Source of the DNA: the human T2T-CHM13v2.0 reference genome, Homo sapiens
Assembly: GCF_009914755.1 (NCBI RefSeq)
Contig: NC_060928.1
Direction: 5' to 3' (one strand)
DNA: 64,000 bases
Part shown: positions 11,431-25,614 of the stretch, piece by piece
How the letters are laid out: every line of letters starts with the position of its first letter
Position numbering within the stretch: the first letter of the stretch is position 1
Made by a program: the position numbers and the translations under genes
Notes under the pieces: model-generated
The model's database searches: none
What the model was told of the DNA's origin: nothing
The model's input: the letters and a program-made list of their open reading frames with translations, nothing else

Positions 11431-13982
11431 TTATTCGAAAAAGATACTTGCATACACATGTTTATAGCAGCAAAATTCACAATTGGAAAATTGTGGAACC
11501 AACCCAAATGCCCATCAATCAACGAGTGGAAAAAGAAACTGATATATATATATACATATGCATATATGAGATATATATGTATGATGGAATACTACACAGC
11601 CATGAAAAGGAATGAATTAGCAGCATTTGCAGTGACCTGGATGAGACTGGAGACTATTATTCTAAGTGACGTAACTCAAGAATGGGAAACCAAACATCGT
11701 GTGTTCTCACTGATCTGTGGGAGCTAAGCTATGAGGACGCAAAGGCATAAGAATGATACAATGGACTACGGGACTTGGGAGGAGGCATGGGAGGGGGCGA
11801 GGGATAAAAGATTACAAGTATGGTGCAGTGTATACTTCTTGGGAAGTGGGTGAACCAAAATCTCACAAATCACTACTAAAGAACCTAATCATGTAGCCAA
11901 TACCACCAGTACTTCAAAACTTATGGAAAAATAAAATAAAAACCTCCAAGGAACTAGCTGTAGGTGGGATATTGGCTGTATCTCAGTTCCAGCTCCAGGA
12001 AGAAGACAGATCATTGGGAACAAGAACCCTGCTGATTAAACAATAGCTGCCTAATACGGCAGCAACACAGGGTACTCCAAACTTGCTTGGATAATTTTGT
12101 CCTTTTAAAATGTACAATTCTACTTCTTAATACAATGCAGACAACTCCATCTACTTTATCTAGTCATAATAAAATGAAAATGACTTTTACTCTTCGAATA
12201 CTTAAAACTTGTTCAAAGATTCTTTCACATTTACTTCTTTTGATTCTTACAAAAGAAGGGAAGACATTTTATAGATGAGGAAACCAAGATAGCACAAGAC
12301 AAATGACTTTTAAAAAATTGTGTAACTGAATACTGACAGCACTAGGATTAGAAACTGCAAAAATACTAATGCCAGTGTCATTTATACTACAACAAACCAT
12401 GGGAAAAGGAAGAGGTACAGAAAAATATCTGCGCTCAGAAGTAGGTTGCTTGCTTCTTGAGATATTTCAAAAGACAAGTGATGAGCTAGTCAGCCTGTGG
12501 AACTATTCTACACGTTTGTAATCAGAACAATTTCTTTTCAGGGTATAATACACCAGTTCTAATAATGGGTATTATGATTTTAATAGCTATGTGCTTCACA
12601 AAATGCAGTTCAGGAAAATGGCTAAGAATATCTGAATCCATCATAAACTAGGCAATTTTCCCTGGGATAACAGTGATAGAAATGTTTCATTATCTCTCGT
12701 TCTAAATACATGTAAGGATTAAATCCAACTACATTGTTATAGCAAAATTAATATACTGTGTTTATAACAGACACAATTTTTCACCCCCTCCCATTAAGAT
12801 ATATGTGAAAATACATATGTGGCTTTAATTAGCAGATTATAACATTCTGTTCCACGCAGTTAGATACATAGCACCTGTGTCTTAAAGAATAATGAATATA
12901 TTCTCCAAAATCTATTCATCTATGGGTAATGTTTCCATCACTCACACTTTCGTTTACATATAAAGTGATGGAGACATCAAGGACACATGGTCTCACATGG
13001 CAGAGGGAGCATATTTGCTCCCTGTTTCTGGTTTATAGGCTAATTGGAATTTTAAAAAGATTTGCCACATTATGCTGGCAGATGGTATTTTGCTTTATCA
13101 TTATTCATGGGTATTAATGACTTCCCTCTGGAGCATGTGTATCCTGTCTATTTTGAATTTCATTACATTTCATGCTGACTGCTCTGAACAGAATCGGATC
13201 CAGTATTTTCTGTGTGGTGTTTGAGGTGCAGATTGTGTGGCTGGTCAAAGTTTTAGACTTGATTAAGAATTAAGTAACTCTTTGAAATAAAGAAAACCTT
13301 TTTGGTCTCTTTCCTGAGTATTCCATCAGACTTCTCATTTTGTTCAGCTTGCTATCCCACAGGGTTGCATATAATATCAGGTGTATATGAAGGCAATTCC
13401 AGAGTAGATTCGTCTTTCATTACCCTGAGATTATTAGACATCCTTTCTTTCTTTCTAGAAAGACTACGACTTGGTTTCCTAAAAGGAGAAAATGCATGAG
13501 AACACGCTGTAATAATCCAGTCACAGAAAGTCACTTTTTATTAATTCCTTCAACAAATATTTATTAGAGAACAGCCTCCTCTTTGTTTAGCTGATCTCTG
13601 AAATGCGTAAATGAGACAGCTGGTACAGTTGATTTCAACCAGCTAATTACCTGAGGGAAACACTACATCATAGAGAAGAAAACTGTGGTAGGTGGAGGCC
13701 ACAGTCCTTCCTTAGAGTGAAAAAGTAGAAAGCCGATGGAGTAGGATAAAGAATAAAGCTTACTGGAGCCTTCTGATAAAACTGAAGCATTCCTGCAACC
13801 AGAGAACACAAAGTATGGTTGCAGAATTTGAGAACAGGGAACTAAGTAAGGCCGGGGTAACCATACCTGGTAGCTTTACTTCTGCAGTCCCTGTCTTTGC
13901 TTTAATTCCAGATACTTTCATGGCCACCTTCACATCCATCCTCCCTAACTATTCTTCAATGTTATTGAGCTCGGCACTGCTT

Positions 13983-14187
13983 TAGGTCCTGAGGTTTGGT
14001 AATTAATACAACAGACAAGATTCCTCTCTATCATGGAAGAAAGAGAGAGTCCCTCTCTGGAGCAGAGGGCAGATTTGCTTGAAGTAGGTCCTGAGGTTTG
14101 GAAATTAATAACAACAGACAAGAGTCCTCTCTCTATCATGGAAGAAAGAGAGTCTCTCTCTAGAGCAGAGGGCAGATTTGCTTGATG
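13983..14187 (+). repeat. Tandem duplication of a ~102-bp unit, overlapping an ERV LTR-like remnant
   Basis: taggtcctgaggtttgg...agagggcagatttgcttga present at 13983-14084 and again from 14085. Confidence 0.9.
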
Positions 14188-14820
14188 TGCAATATAATAA
14201 AGATGATGTCTCCTTCTGGGACAAACGTTTGTCAGGTTTGCTTGCAGCTCATTATAAAAGATTGGGGTTTCCTAAATGTTGTAGTTTTTAGTGCACTTAT
14301 ATATACATTGTTAACTTATTTATAAGTTATATATTTCATGTTTTTAGCTGATCCTATTGTAAATGGTATTTTTAAAATTTCTATTTCTATCCAGTTTATG
14401 GAAATTCAATTGACCTTATCTTCTGCAACCTTGTATATTCCTTAGAATTTTAGATGTAGACAATGTTAACTGCAAGTAAAGACAATTTTGCTTCTTCCTT
14501 CCCAATGTGGATGTATTTTATTTCTTCTGCTTACTGTATTGCACTGGCTATGAACTCCAGTACAAAGTGGAATGGAAATGGCAAAAGCCACATCCTTGCT
14601 TGATTCCTGATATTAAGGGGGAAAGTATTCAGTCTTTCACCATTCAATATGATGTTAGCTATAGACTTTTCATGGACATTGTTCATCAGTTTAAACACGT
14701 TTCTTTCTGTTCCTAGTTTGGTGAGAGGTTTTTATCTGGAATGGATGTTGGGATCTGTGGAAAGTGTTTTCTGCATCTCTTAAGATTATCACATAATTTT
14801 CATTTTTTCATTTCTTAATA

Positions 14821-15142
14821 CAATCAGCCTTTGAATCTGCAGGTTTCACATCTCTGGATTCAACAAACTGTGGGTGAAAAATATTTTTAAAAAACAAATA
14901 AAAAATAATACAGCAATACAAATAATACAAATAAAACAATCTAGTATAACAATTATTTGCATGGCATTTACATTGTATTAGGTAGTATAAATAATGTAGA
15001 GATTTTTAAAGTATACAGGAGGATGTGCATAGGTTTTATACAACGCCACATCATTTTACATAAGGGACTTGAACATCCTCAGATTTTGATATCTGCAGAG
15101 GGGTCCTGGATCCAATCCTTTACAGATACTGAGGGATGACTA
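14821..15142 (-). mobile_element. MER2 (TcMar-Tigger) DNA transposon
   Basis: Matches reverse MER2 consensus (ttacattgtattaggt..tttaaagtatacaggaggatgtgcatagg..aagggacttgaacatcc..gatactgagggatgac); flanked by TA dinucleotides. Confidence 0.8.
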
Positions 15143-15570
15143 TATGGTAAATTACACTGACTGGTTTCCAAATGCTAAAGCAATTTTGCATTCTCCAGTT
15201 CACACCATCTTAGTTATGATATAATACGTTTATATATTGCTAGATTCAACTTACTAATGTTTTGTTAAGGAGTTTTAACTCTATGCTTATGACTGATATT
15301 GACCTGTAGTTTTCTATTCTTGTCATGTTTTTGCCTTCATTTGGTAACAGAGTAATAATGGCATCACAGAATGTGTTGGGAAGTTTCCTCCTTTTCTATT
15401 TTCTGGAACAGTTTGTGTAGAATTGATATTTCTTCCTTAAATGTTTGATATAATTTACCATTGGATCCACCTGGACCTGGTAATTTTTTGTTGAAAGTTT
15501 ATAAATTACTAGTCCAATTTCGTTAATAGACATAAGGCTATTCAGGATAATTAATTGATTAATTAATTAC

Positions 15571-15879
<309 letters not shown>

Positions 15880-16267
15880 TAAGATGGGATAGTTTGTGTT
15901 TTTCAAGGAATTTGTTGATTTCATATGTTATTGAATTTATTAGCATGAAGTTGTTGATGACATTATTTTATTACTCATTACTATTGTAGGATCTGCAGTG
16001 TCCCTTCATTCATTCATGATACTGACAATTTGTGTGGTCTCTCTTTTTCTTTTGATGATTTTGCCTAGAGGCTTATTAATTTTAGCGATAATTTCAATGA
16101 ATCAGCTTTTGGTTTCATTGTTTATCTATTCCCTATTATTTGTCCCATTTTATATCATTGGTTTCTACTCATTATTACCTCTTTCCTTCTGCCTACTTAG
16201 GCTTAATTTGTTATTTTTCCCTTACTTTCCTATGGTAGAAGCTTATATAATTTATTTGAAATCATGA

Positions 16268-16566
16268 TTTTTCTGTTTTGTTTTTTTTTTGAGACAGTCT
16301 CACTCTGTCACCCAGGTTGGAGGGCAGTGAACGATCTTGGCTCACTGCAACCTCCAGTCAAGTTCAAGCGGTTATCCTGCCTCAGCCTGTCAAGTAGCTG
16401 GGATTACAGATGTGTGCTACCATTTCTGGCTAAATTTTGTATTTTTAGTAGAGACAGGGTTTCACCATGTTAGCCAGGCTGTTCTCAAACTCTTGACTTC
16501 ATGTGATCCGCCCGCCTCAGCCCCTCAAAGTGCTGGGATTAGAGGTGTGAGCCACCGCACCTGGCC
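16268..16566 (-). mobile_element. Alu element (S-type)
   Basis: Reverse Alu dimer with poly-T. Confidence 0.92.
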
Positions 16567-17249
16567 AATTCTTTCTAATACAAGGATTTAATGCTATGTT
16601 TCCGTCTAAGCATTATTTTAGTTGCCTTCTACAAATTTTGATTAAATGCAGTATGGTAGATAATTCAAAGCATTATCAGACTACAAAGGAAAGAGCTTTT
16701 AGTCAGGCTAGGAGAAGTTGAAGAGAAGCATTTGAGTTGAGTTTTGAAGGATATTTTTTTCTAGTCAGAGAAGAAGGTAAGAGTATTCTAAGCCAAAAGA
16801 ACAATAAGCCATAATTCATTAATTGATATTTCTCTTATAAGATGGGTTCATGAATATTTAATAACTATAATCTACAGATAGAACATCTCTTTGAAAGGCA
16901 GGGATGGAGCCAGTCATTCCCATAAACCAAAAGTGATGATGGAGCTGCAAGGTTGTTTGGCTCTTGAAGTCATCCTCTTGAGCTGATCTCATTTTAAATG
17001 AGAATGGTATTGGTCCAATATAGAGTTAAAACAAAAATTCTCACATGTGAAATTCTTGGATATTGATCAGAATAAAAACAAAATGAGGTTCAAATGGAAG
17101 CAATAGGGTAGTGGTCTGGTTATAACTCTCAGGTATAGGTACAAAGTCATTTAGATACATATATTTATCAGAGAGATATTACCTTGGACACTCCAGCTTT
17201 CTATTTATTTCTACAGCCATAAGATCCTTATTGTATCATTTCTTACCCT

Positions 17250-17745
17250 CTGCTGCAGATGCTGTATATATGACTGAGTAGATTGGCTCACTGAACATCT
17301 TTTCTAAACATTGCCATTATTACTTTTTTCTAATGCAAGTGTTGGAAATCAATGTACTCAAATTCCCTTGCAGATGGAATTTTATTCTGGCCAGTAAGAT
17401 GTAGGTGCAATTTCTTGGGAGGACTTCCTTAGTGCACTGAAAAAGTAAAAGCTTGAGGAAAAGGTTCTGTCTTTCTCATTTTGCTCTTCCCATTTCTTTC
17501 TGCCTGGAACTTAGAATTACTGCCTGGAGTTGCAGCAATCATCTTTTGACCATGAAGTTAAAAATTACACACTGAAAGTGGCAGTCCAGGAGACAGAAGA
17601 CAGGCTTTTAAATGACATTCTTGCATAGGTGCATTAGCCCTGACCTATCTACCTCTAGATTCTTTTTTGCATGAGAAAAATACATCTTTAGGCGACTATT
17701 TTCAGTTATCCATTCTTTGTAACAAATAACATTTGTAAGCATAAG
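17250..17745 (+). mobile_element. MLT1 (MaLR) LTR remnant
   Basis: tgcctggagttgcagcaatcatcttttgaccatgaag...ctacctctagattc..tgagaaaaatacatc resembles old MLT1 LTRs. Confidence 0.55.
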
Positions 17746-18152
17746 CGATACAACCTATTTGCAACAAACTAAAAAGTTGTATGGGGATATCTGTCATTTT
17801 AATTTTTAATGTATGCTTTCTTCATTGTGCTTCCAATATATCAAACTCTCTTGGTATTTCTCCTGCATTACAGGTTGTTTTTTTCTCAGTTGCTTTGCTG
17901 ATCCTTTTTTTCCTGGCCTCTATTCATGTTAGAGTGCCCCAGGTCTCTAGGTTAGGTGCTGCAGACTCTCTAAGAGTCTTGTTTGTTTGTTTTTTTGGTC
18001 TCATCTAACTTCAGGGCTTCAAATACTATCTATATGCTGGCAGATCCTAAATGTATATTTGTAACCCAGGCCTCTCTCTCTCTCTCTCTCTCGCTATCTC
18101 GTTGTGTGTCCAACTGCCTACTCAACATCTTCATTTGAATGTCAAATAGTTG

Positions 18153-18198
<46 letters not shown>

Positions 18199-18226
18199 TA
18201 TCTATCTGTTATCTATCTATCTATCA
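18153..18226. repeat. (TATC)n tetranucleotide microsatellite
   Basis: Direct reading: ~11 perfect atct units plus degenerate extension. Confidence 0.95.
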
Positions 18227-18239
18227 GCTATATATATCT

Positions 18240-18985
<746 letters not shown>

Positions 18986-21652
18986 TCAAGCTTGATCCAC
19001 CATCAGTGTCCATCATCTCAGTTGATGGCAACTCTAATTTTCCAGTTGCTCATGCCCCAAATCTTGGAGTCATCCTTGGCAATCCTCTTTCTCACGTTCT
19101 GTGTCTAATCTGCCAAGATTCTGGTTCTCCCTTAAGCATACCTGAAATCTATTCAGAATCTGACCGCTCTCACTCTCTCTAGTGCTGCCACCCTGGGCCA
19201 TGCCATCATGACCTTTCACCTGTATGACTGCAGTAGGCTCCTCAAAAGTCTCCCCACTTTGCTGTTTTCCCTCCCACAACAGACTATTTTCAAAGCAGCA
19301 GCTAGAGGAATCCTTTTAAAATGAAGTCATGATCACTCTTCTGCTCAAAACCGTGCAATGTCTTTTCGTCTTACACTTATCAAGGCCTGTCACGATCTGG
19401 CCTTCGTCACCTCTTCAAAGTTCTCTTCCGTTCTCTTTGTTCACTTCCTTCCAACCTCACGGGCCTCATTGCAGTTTCTAGAGCACAACAAGAACACACC
19501 CCTGTCATGGCCTTTGAACTGGCTGTTCCCTTTGTATGGAATGCTCTTTCCCTAGTTATCTTTGGATAATCCTCTCACTTCCTTAAAGTATCTCCTTAAT
19601 TTCATCTTTTCCAAGAGGCCGACTTTGACAGTCCTATTTAACCTTGCCATCGGCACCATCCCACCATGTCCACCTCTATGCTGCCCCCATCCCCAGCACA
19701 TCCCATCCCACCTACCCTGCTCAACTTTCTCTTTCTTCCCCTACAACGTATAATCTTCTAACTTACTGTATAGTTTATTGACGTGCTTTTGGTTATTTTC
19801 TGCCTCCCCTTCTAGAATGTAAACTATGTGATGACAGAATTTGCATGTTTTGTTCACTGATACATCCCTGGTGCCTGGAACAGTGCTGGTTCAGAGTAAG
19901 TGCTCAGTAAATATTTGTTGCAGGATTGAATAAATTACCCATTCACAGAAGGATTTATGGGGGAGCTTCGGGGCAGCAGACTAACTGAGAAACCAACACT
20001 CAAATCTGGCAACTCCTGAAGCCAGATTGAATGTTGACCCCGAAGTTCCTTCCCATGTGCATCAACTCAGAATGCTTACAACATAATGACTGTGGCCGTC
20101 TCTAGTGAAAAAAGAACAACAGTCTTGAGAGTGACTGTATGGGAAGCTTTTAGTAGGGACACAGCTGAAAAGCACCCTTTGCAGTTAAATAGAGCTTTTC
20201 TTGAATCTGGAAAAACCAAACACTCCACAGAATGCACTCATTTGCCATCAGACTTATGGGAATAATTGTATCCCAGATTTAAAAAAAAACCCAGAGTTTT
20301 ACTGGCAACCTGTCCAAGCCTGGAGTGAGTGAGGCTAAAGGAAGAACTAGATATAGGGAAATTTTTTACCCCAAGCACTACTGGAATTAAGTACGTGGGT
20401 GATCTTGGGTGGTGGCTACTTTCATAAAAGGTGTTTTTGTAGAACTTGTGAATTTCTCAGAAACACTGACTTGTACCTCACTGAGGCTGAGAGTTTGTTC
20501 TACTTCTGGTCTGAATAAGCAAATGTTTAGTTTCAGTTCCTCTTCAAATTCAGGACTGTCGTTAGATTTCTATGAAAGCTACTTGGCAAAGGACCCAGTC
20601 CATCCATAGAGGCCTGCTTCAGCGTGGAGTACAGCATACAATAGTGTGTATTTAGACTATGCTACAGCTGAGGGCTAGCCACTTGATAGAGCTCCTCTAT
20701 GTTAATGGTGTTAGAATGGAAATTCTTTATCCTTGTAGCTGTACCATAGGGTGGGGACCAGGGACACTCAACAGAGTTGGGAGTCCATGTGCCTCCTTAA
20801 ATTTTGCACCTCAGGCATCTCACATGCCTCATTCTGGTTGTGATCCTGCTGCAATCTGTTCTCACTCTGAACCACATGGAGTTAGCATTAAATGCTATGG
20901 GAAATCTAGAAATTTTCTCATGCTGAGTTCCTTTAAAGAGAGTCACCATCTTGGTTCTGATACTCTCTGACTGGTATTGGACAAGCCTTTCTTTGTTAGC
21001 AACTTGAAACTGTGGGAGGCTCTCTGTAGAATTACTGTTATGTTTTGGAATAACAAGAACAGCATTTTGCTGCTGGAAAAGGCCATTTTCCTTCTGTCTG
21101 CTTTTTTTCATGTATTGCCTTTCTTTTCTTTCTAAAACATCTTTTGTTTCATTTTTGTTCTCAAATCATTGTGTTTAGAACAACAATAATTGAGAGTCTA
21201 GCGGGAAGTTTTTATAAACTAACAATTGGGTTTAAACAAAGGCTTAATAGTCAAGTTCTGAATAGTTGGACTCCTGAAAAGTTCTAGCTAGAATGATCAT
21301 AAATATAACATTTAAAAAAATACACAGGGGGAGTCCTTTTTACTAATTTTTCTCTTTTAAGTGAAGAGTTTTGTATGCATTAGGTAAGACCAACCAATCC
21401 TGTTTCTCATAGCTCTATATCTGTTGCTTGGTCAGATCACAGTGAATTTACCTGGGTTATAGGATGCCCTGCATCTGGACAGGGGTGATGCTTCATGAAC
21501 ATGAATTCATTGACAATATTGTGCCTGTAAGAAGCTGAGTTTGCTGGGAAAAAGGCACTAGCAGATCACATTCTTGAGAGTTAGTGATAATAATGAACAT
21601 GATTATAATGTGCAAAGACTTTTATAACTTTTCTTTTTTTTTAAGAGATGGG

Positions 21653-21947
<295 letters not shown>

Positions 21948-22067
21948 AAGAGATGGGGGTCTCTTCATGTTGACCAGGCTGGTCTCAAACTCCTGGTCTT
22001 AAGTGATCCTTTCATTTTGGCCTTCCAAAGTGCTGAGATTACAGGCATGAGCCACCACACCCGTCCT
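21948..22067 (-). mobile_element. FLAM/Alu left monomer (its poly-T lies at 21629-21642)
   Basis: Reverse left-arm Alu sequence split from its tail by the younger Alu. Confidence 0.85.
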
Positions 22068-22205
22068 GTTATCATATATTTTAAATAAGCCTCATGACAA
22101 TCACATAAATTTTTTTTATTACTCATATATTTTAGGTGAGCAAAAGAAAATTCAAAGGTAGTAACATAGCTAGAATTACAAAGGAAGAGGTGTGATTTGT
22201 GCTCA

Positions 22206-22540
<335 letters not shown>

Positions 22541-22569
22541 GAATTGAGTGGTATCACACAGAAGTTAAT

Positions 22570-22960
22570 GCCATTGAAAGATTTTTACTACATTTCCCAA
22601 GAGGAGAAGGCATGTCATGTGACACAGGGTCACATGGGGAAGCATAAGAGGTCAAGAGGCAGAAGGGGAAAGCATAGGCCACAGCCTGGACTGGGATTTC
22701 TGCAGGAAAGGCAAGGCGGGACAGGGTAAACAGTGTAGGACTGGCTAGTCTACATCCTTCTAGCAGGCTTTGGGGCATTGGGACATTCTCTAGTCACCTG
22801 GTGCCTAGCCCTTGGGTGTGTGAGTTTGATAGGGGAGGTGATTTGGGGTACGGACTGAGGACTGGTTGGAAGGTCTGTAAATGATTTTCATGCACCTGTG
22901 GAAGCTGGATTTCTGGGGAGATGTTAACAACTTTGGCCATTAGTTTGGCCCTCTGATTAA
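22570..22960. mobile_element. ERVL-class LTR remnant (subfamily uncertain)
   Basis: cagggtaaacagtgtaggactggctagt...ggctttggggcattggg..tctctagtcacctggtgcctagccct resembles old ERVL MER LTRs. Confidence 0.45.
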
Positions 22961-23196
22961 TGGATGCTACATAGAAATGGATGCCAAATAGAAAACAGAA
23001 CAAAGTAGCATCAGGGCAGGAGCCTTACTCCAGAGGCAAAGCTCTTTCCATGAAACCATCTAAACTCATCCAGTTCTCCTCTTCCAATCTCTCCACCCCT
23101 TACCGTACTCCACACATCCTGTTTGCAGTATCAGTTCTTGACGATCCCAGCCACTGAGTTGTTTTAGTTGGAAATCTGGCCATTTGCTAAGCCCTT

Positions 23197-23246
23197 CAGT
23201 TCTCATCACACATGTCTCTTCCAGTTCTCATCACACATGTCTCTTC
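23197..23246 (+). repeat. Perfect 25-bp tandem duplication
   Basis: cagttctcatcacacatgtctcttc twice in direct succession. Confidence 0.95.
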
Positions 23247-23822
23247 AAGCTCTCCTTTTCTGTCTTTATGCCTCCACGCTTGCCTTGGGTCAGCGTCTCC
23301 TGACCCAAGTCAGTCTTGACGTCACAGTCTCCTAATCCATATTCTCCCCCCAGCCCAACCAAGCTGCACCCTGTTTCCAGGACGATCTTTTGTAAATAAT
23401 AGGTTTGATCGTGTCACCTCCTTACTTACATCCTACCTACCTCCCTATTGCCTTAAAATTTCCCAGCAGAACACAAAGGGCCCTTCATGAGCCGACCTTT
23501 GCCTACTTCCTGGCTGTCTATCCTACAGAACTGTGGTATTGTGTCCATTGATTTACCTGAGCACAGATTTTATGAAATGTTTGGAGAACGGGGGAGACAG
23601 AGAGAGATTCTTAACCCAACTGGTTCTCTTACAGAATGAGCTTCACTGGTGTTCAGAAAATTGATGCATTGCTAGTTTCTTTTTGGCTACTGTGAACTTT
23701 TTTTTTGAAAGGTATATGAGATTCTTGTGCCTAGAAGAGGGATTCTAATGCATTTGAGGTATCGGTTTCTTAGGGTTCAAACCTCTTGCAGCTAAGAGCA
23801 GGCCCTGGAAGAGGCACCGGGC

Positions 23823-23857
23823 TGCAGATTGTTTCAAGTACCACAAGGGGCTGCTAG
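23823..23857 (+). promoter_or_regulatory. Candidate CTCF site with upstream motif
   Basis: Core-like CCACAAGGGGCTGCTA (23841-23856) with TGCAG starting 18 bp before the core. Confidence 0.5.
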
Positions 23858-24383
23858 AGAGCAACAGAAGCGCCAAAGAAATTTCTTCAAAATTTCCCCT
23901 TTTTGTCACATCCTCATTTCCTTAGTCTTGGTCGGAAGTAAAATGCTTTCCTCTTTTTGGAGTTTATATTAGTGGCTACAGCTCGGTCACAGGTTATCCA
24001 TACCTGTCTACCTGTAATAAATTTCTGTGTACCAATCCCTCAAAGTGCTCATCTGCCTACTCGGCTGTTTGGAGGGACTCCTGATACGCCTTCCCATGCC
24101 TCAGCTTCTTGAATGCCATTTAGAGGAGCAACGTGAGTGCATGTATCTACCAGGGGACTTGCTAATGCATTAGCATCTCAGTGTCAATTGCCAAAGGATG
24201 CCTCTTAAGGGGGACAAATTGTAAAAAGTGCTGCTGCCTCCAGGCGGAACTGGCCCTACCCCCAGGTAGCCTTTGGGCAGAAAGACCAGGTTGGATTTTG
24301 GCCTTCACATACCTCCTTTGTCAGGCAACCTGGAGACCAACTTCTAGAAGAATTAGTGGACTAACAGGAACTGAGAATCACGT

Positions 24384-24491
24384 TTATATATATATATATT
24401 ATATATATAATATAAAATATATATAAAATATAATATATATAAAATATAAAAAATATATATAAAATATAAAAAAATATATATATAAATAAAA
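24384..24491. repeat. AT-rich low-complexity / (TA)n tract
   Basis: Direct reading; ~108 bp of only A/T. Confidence 0.95.
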
Positions 24492-24909
24492 TTTTCTGGA
24501 AATTTTGCAAGCAAACTTTGTACAGAATGTGAATTCCAAGCAGTTGAGATACCTGCACTTTCTAAATTGTCTGAAATAAACTTTGCAATTATTCAATTAT
24601 AGTTGTTAGGTCTTAATCACATTGAGCACAGTTTTTGTACTTGCTTTCAGTATATGGAATTGACATGCCCTTGTGATTTCAAAGATGCAGTTGCTAATAG
24701 ACTCCCAAGGGGAGAGACTTGGGACGTTCTGCTTTGGTTGTTGCACTCCCAGTTCAAGACATTGAAAGAAATGTGGAAAATTTCCCTGATGATATAAGAC
24801 AGAACATTTTCTTCTTTCATGCAGCAACCCGACCTGCATTATCCTTTCTTGCGTATTCCTATATAGTCTCTTGAATTCACTGTCATGTTTGATTATTGTA
24901 TGAATGATC

Positions 24910-25420
24910 TATCAGATTAAGTTTGACTGCATAAATCACAAAATCCAAATATCAGTGGCTTATACAATGCAGAAGCTTATTTTTTATTTCATGTCAAAGA
25001 AACCTGGAAGTCACCCAGACTGGTAGGGTAACTTCACAGTCATCAGAGACCCAGAAACTATCTTTCTGCTCATTTCCCCACCCTTAGTGTGTAGCTTCCA
25101 TCCTCAAGTTTACTTCATGGTCCAAGAGGGCCAATGAAGCCCCAGCCATTAGGCCCAAGTCCCAGGGAGGAAATAAAGAAAAATAGAAGAGCCAAAGGTT
25201 ATATGCCTCCTTGCTGAGTCAGCCCCCCTTAGGACACTTTTTAAAAGTCTCATTCAACAATTTCCATTTTTACCCCACTAGCCATTTTTATCTGCAAAGG
25301 ATGCCGGGAGGCATAGTTTTCTAGCTGGGCACATTGAGACCTTTGACAATAGAGGAGTCTGTTGTCAAGGCAGAGGAGAGAATAGGTATGGGGTAAGCAA
25401 CCATAGCCTCTACCACATAT
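24910..25420 (-). mobile_element. MLT1 (K/J-like) LTR remnant
   Basis: aaatccaaatatcagtggcttatacaa..gcttattttt..catcagagacccag..ccatcctcaag..catggtccaaga pattern. Confidence 0.6.
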
Positions 25421-25614
25421 GAGAATTTAATTATCTGATGCCCATGAAAATGCAGACTAGAAAACAAAATGCAGGAAGAGTTACCACACAGAGTTGCTGC
25501 GTTGCCCTAGACAGTCATGGCAGCCTAGCCACTGGCCTGTCGGTGGACTCCCTCAGGCTCCTCTTACCTGGACCCGCCCCGTTCATTTACCATTCACACT
25601 CTCTCTATTTCCAG

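Larger units (their letters stand above)
4685..11939 (+). mobile_element. Full-length inactivated LINE-1 (L1PB1-like with L1PBa-type 5' UTR), copy A
   Basis: 5' UTR, disrupted ORF1 (~6160-7400), ORF2 fragments with endonuclease (TLNVNGLN, CLQETH, GDFNTPL, SDH) and RT ([13 protein letters not shown]) motifs, L1PB-type 3' UTR, A-tail; 13-bp TSD aaacctccaagga at 4672-4684 and 11940-11952. Confidence 0.95.

Noticed and set aside
24361-24596. Ile/Tyr/Phe-rich ORFs resembling membrane peptides
   Set aside because: Translation of an AT-only low-complexity tract.
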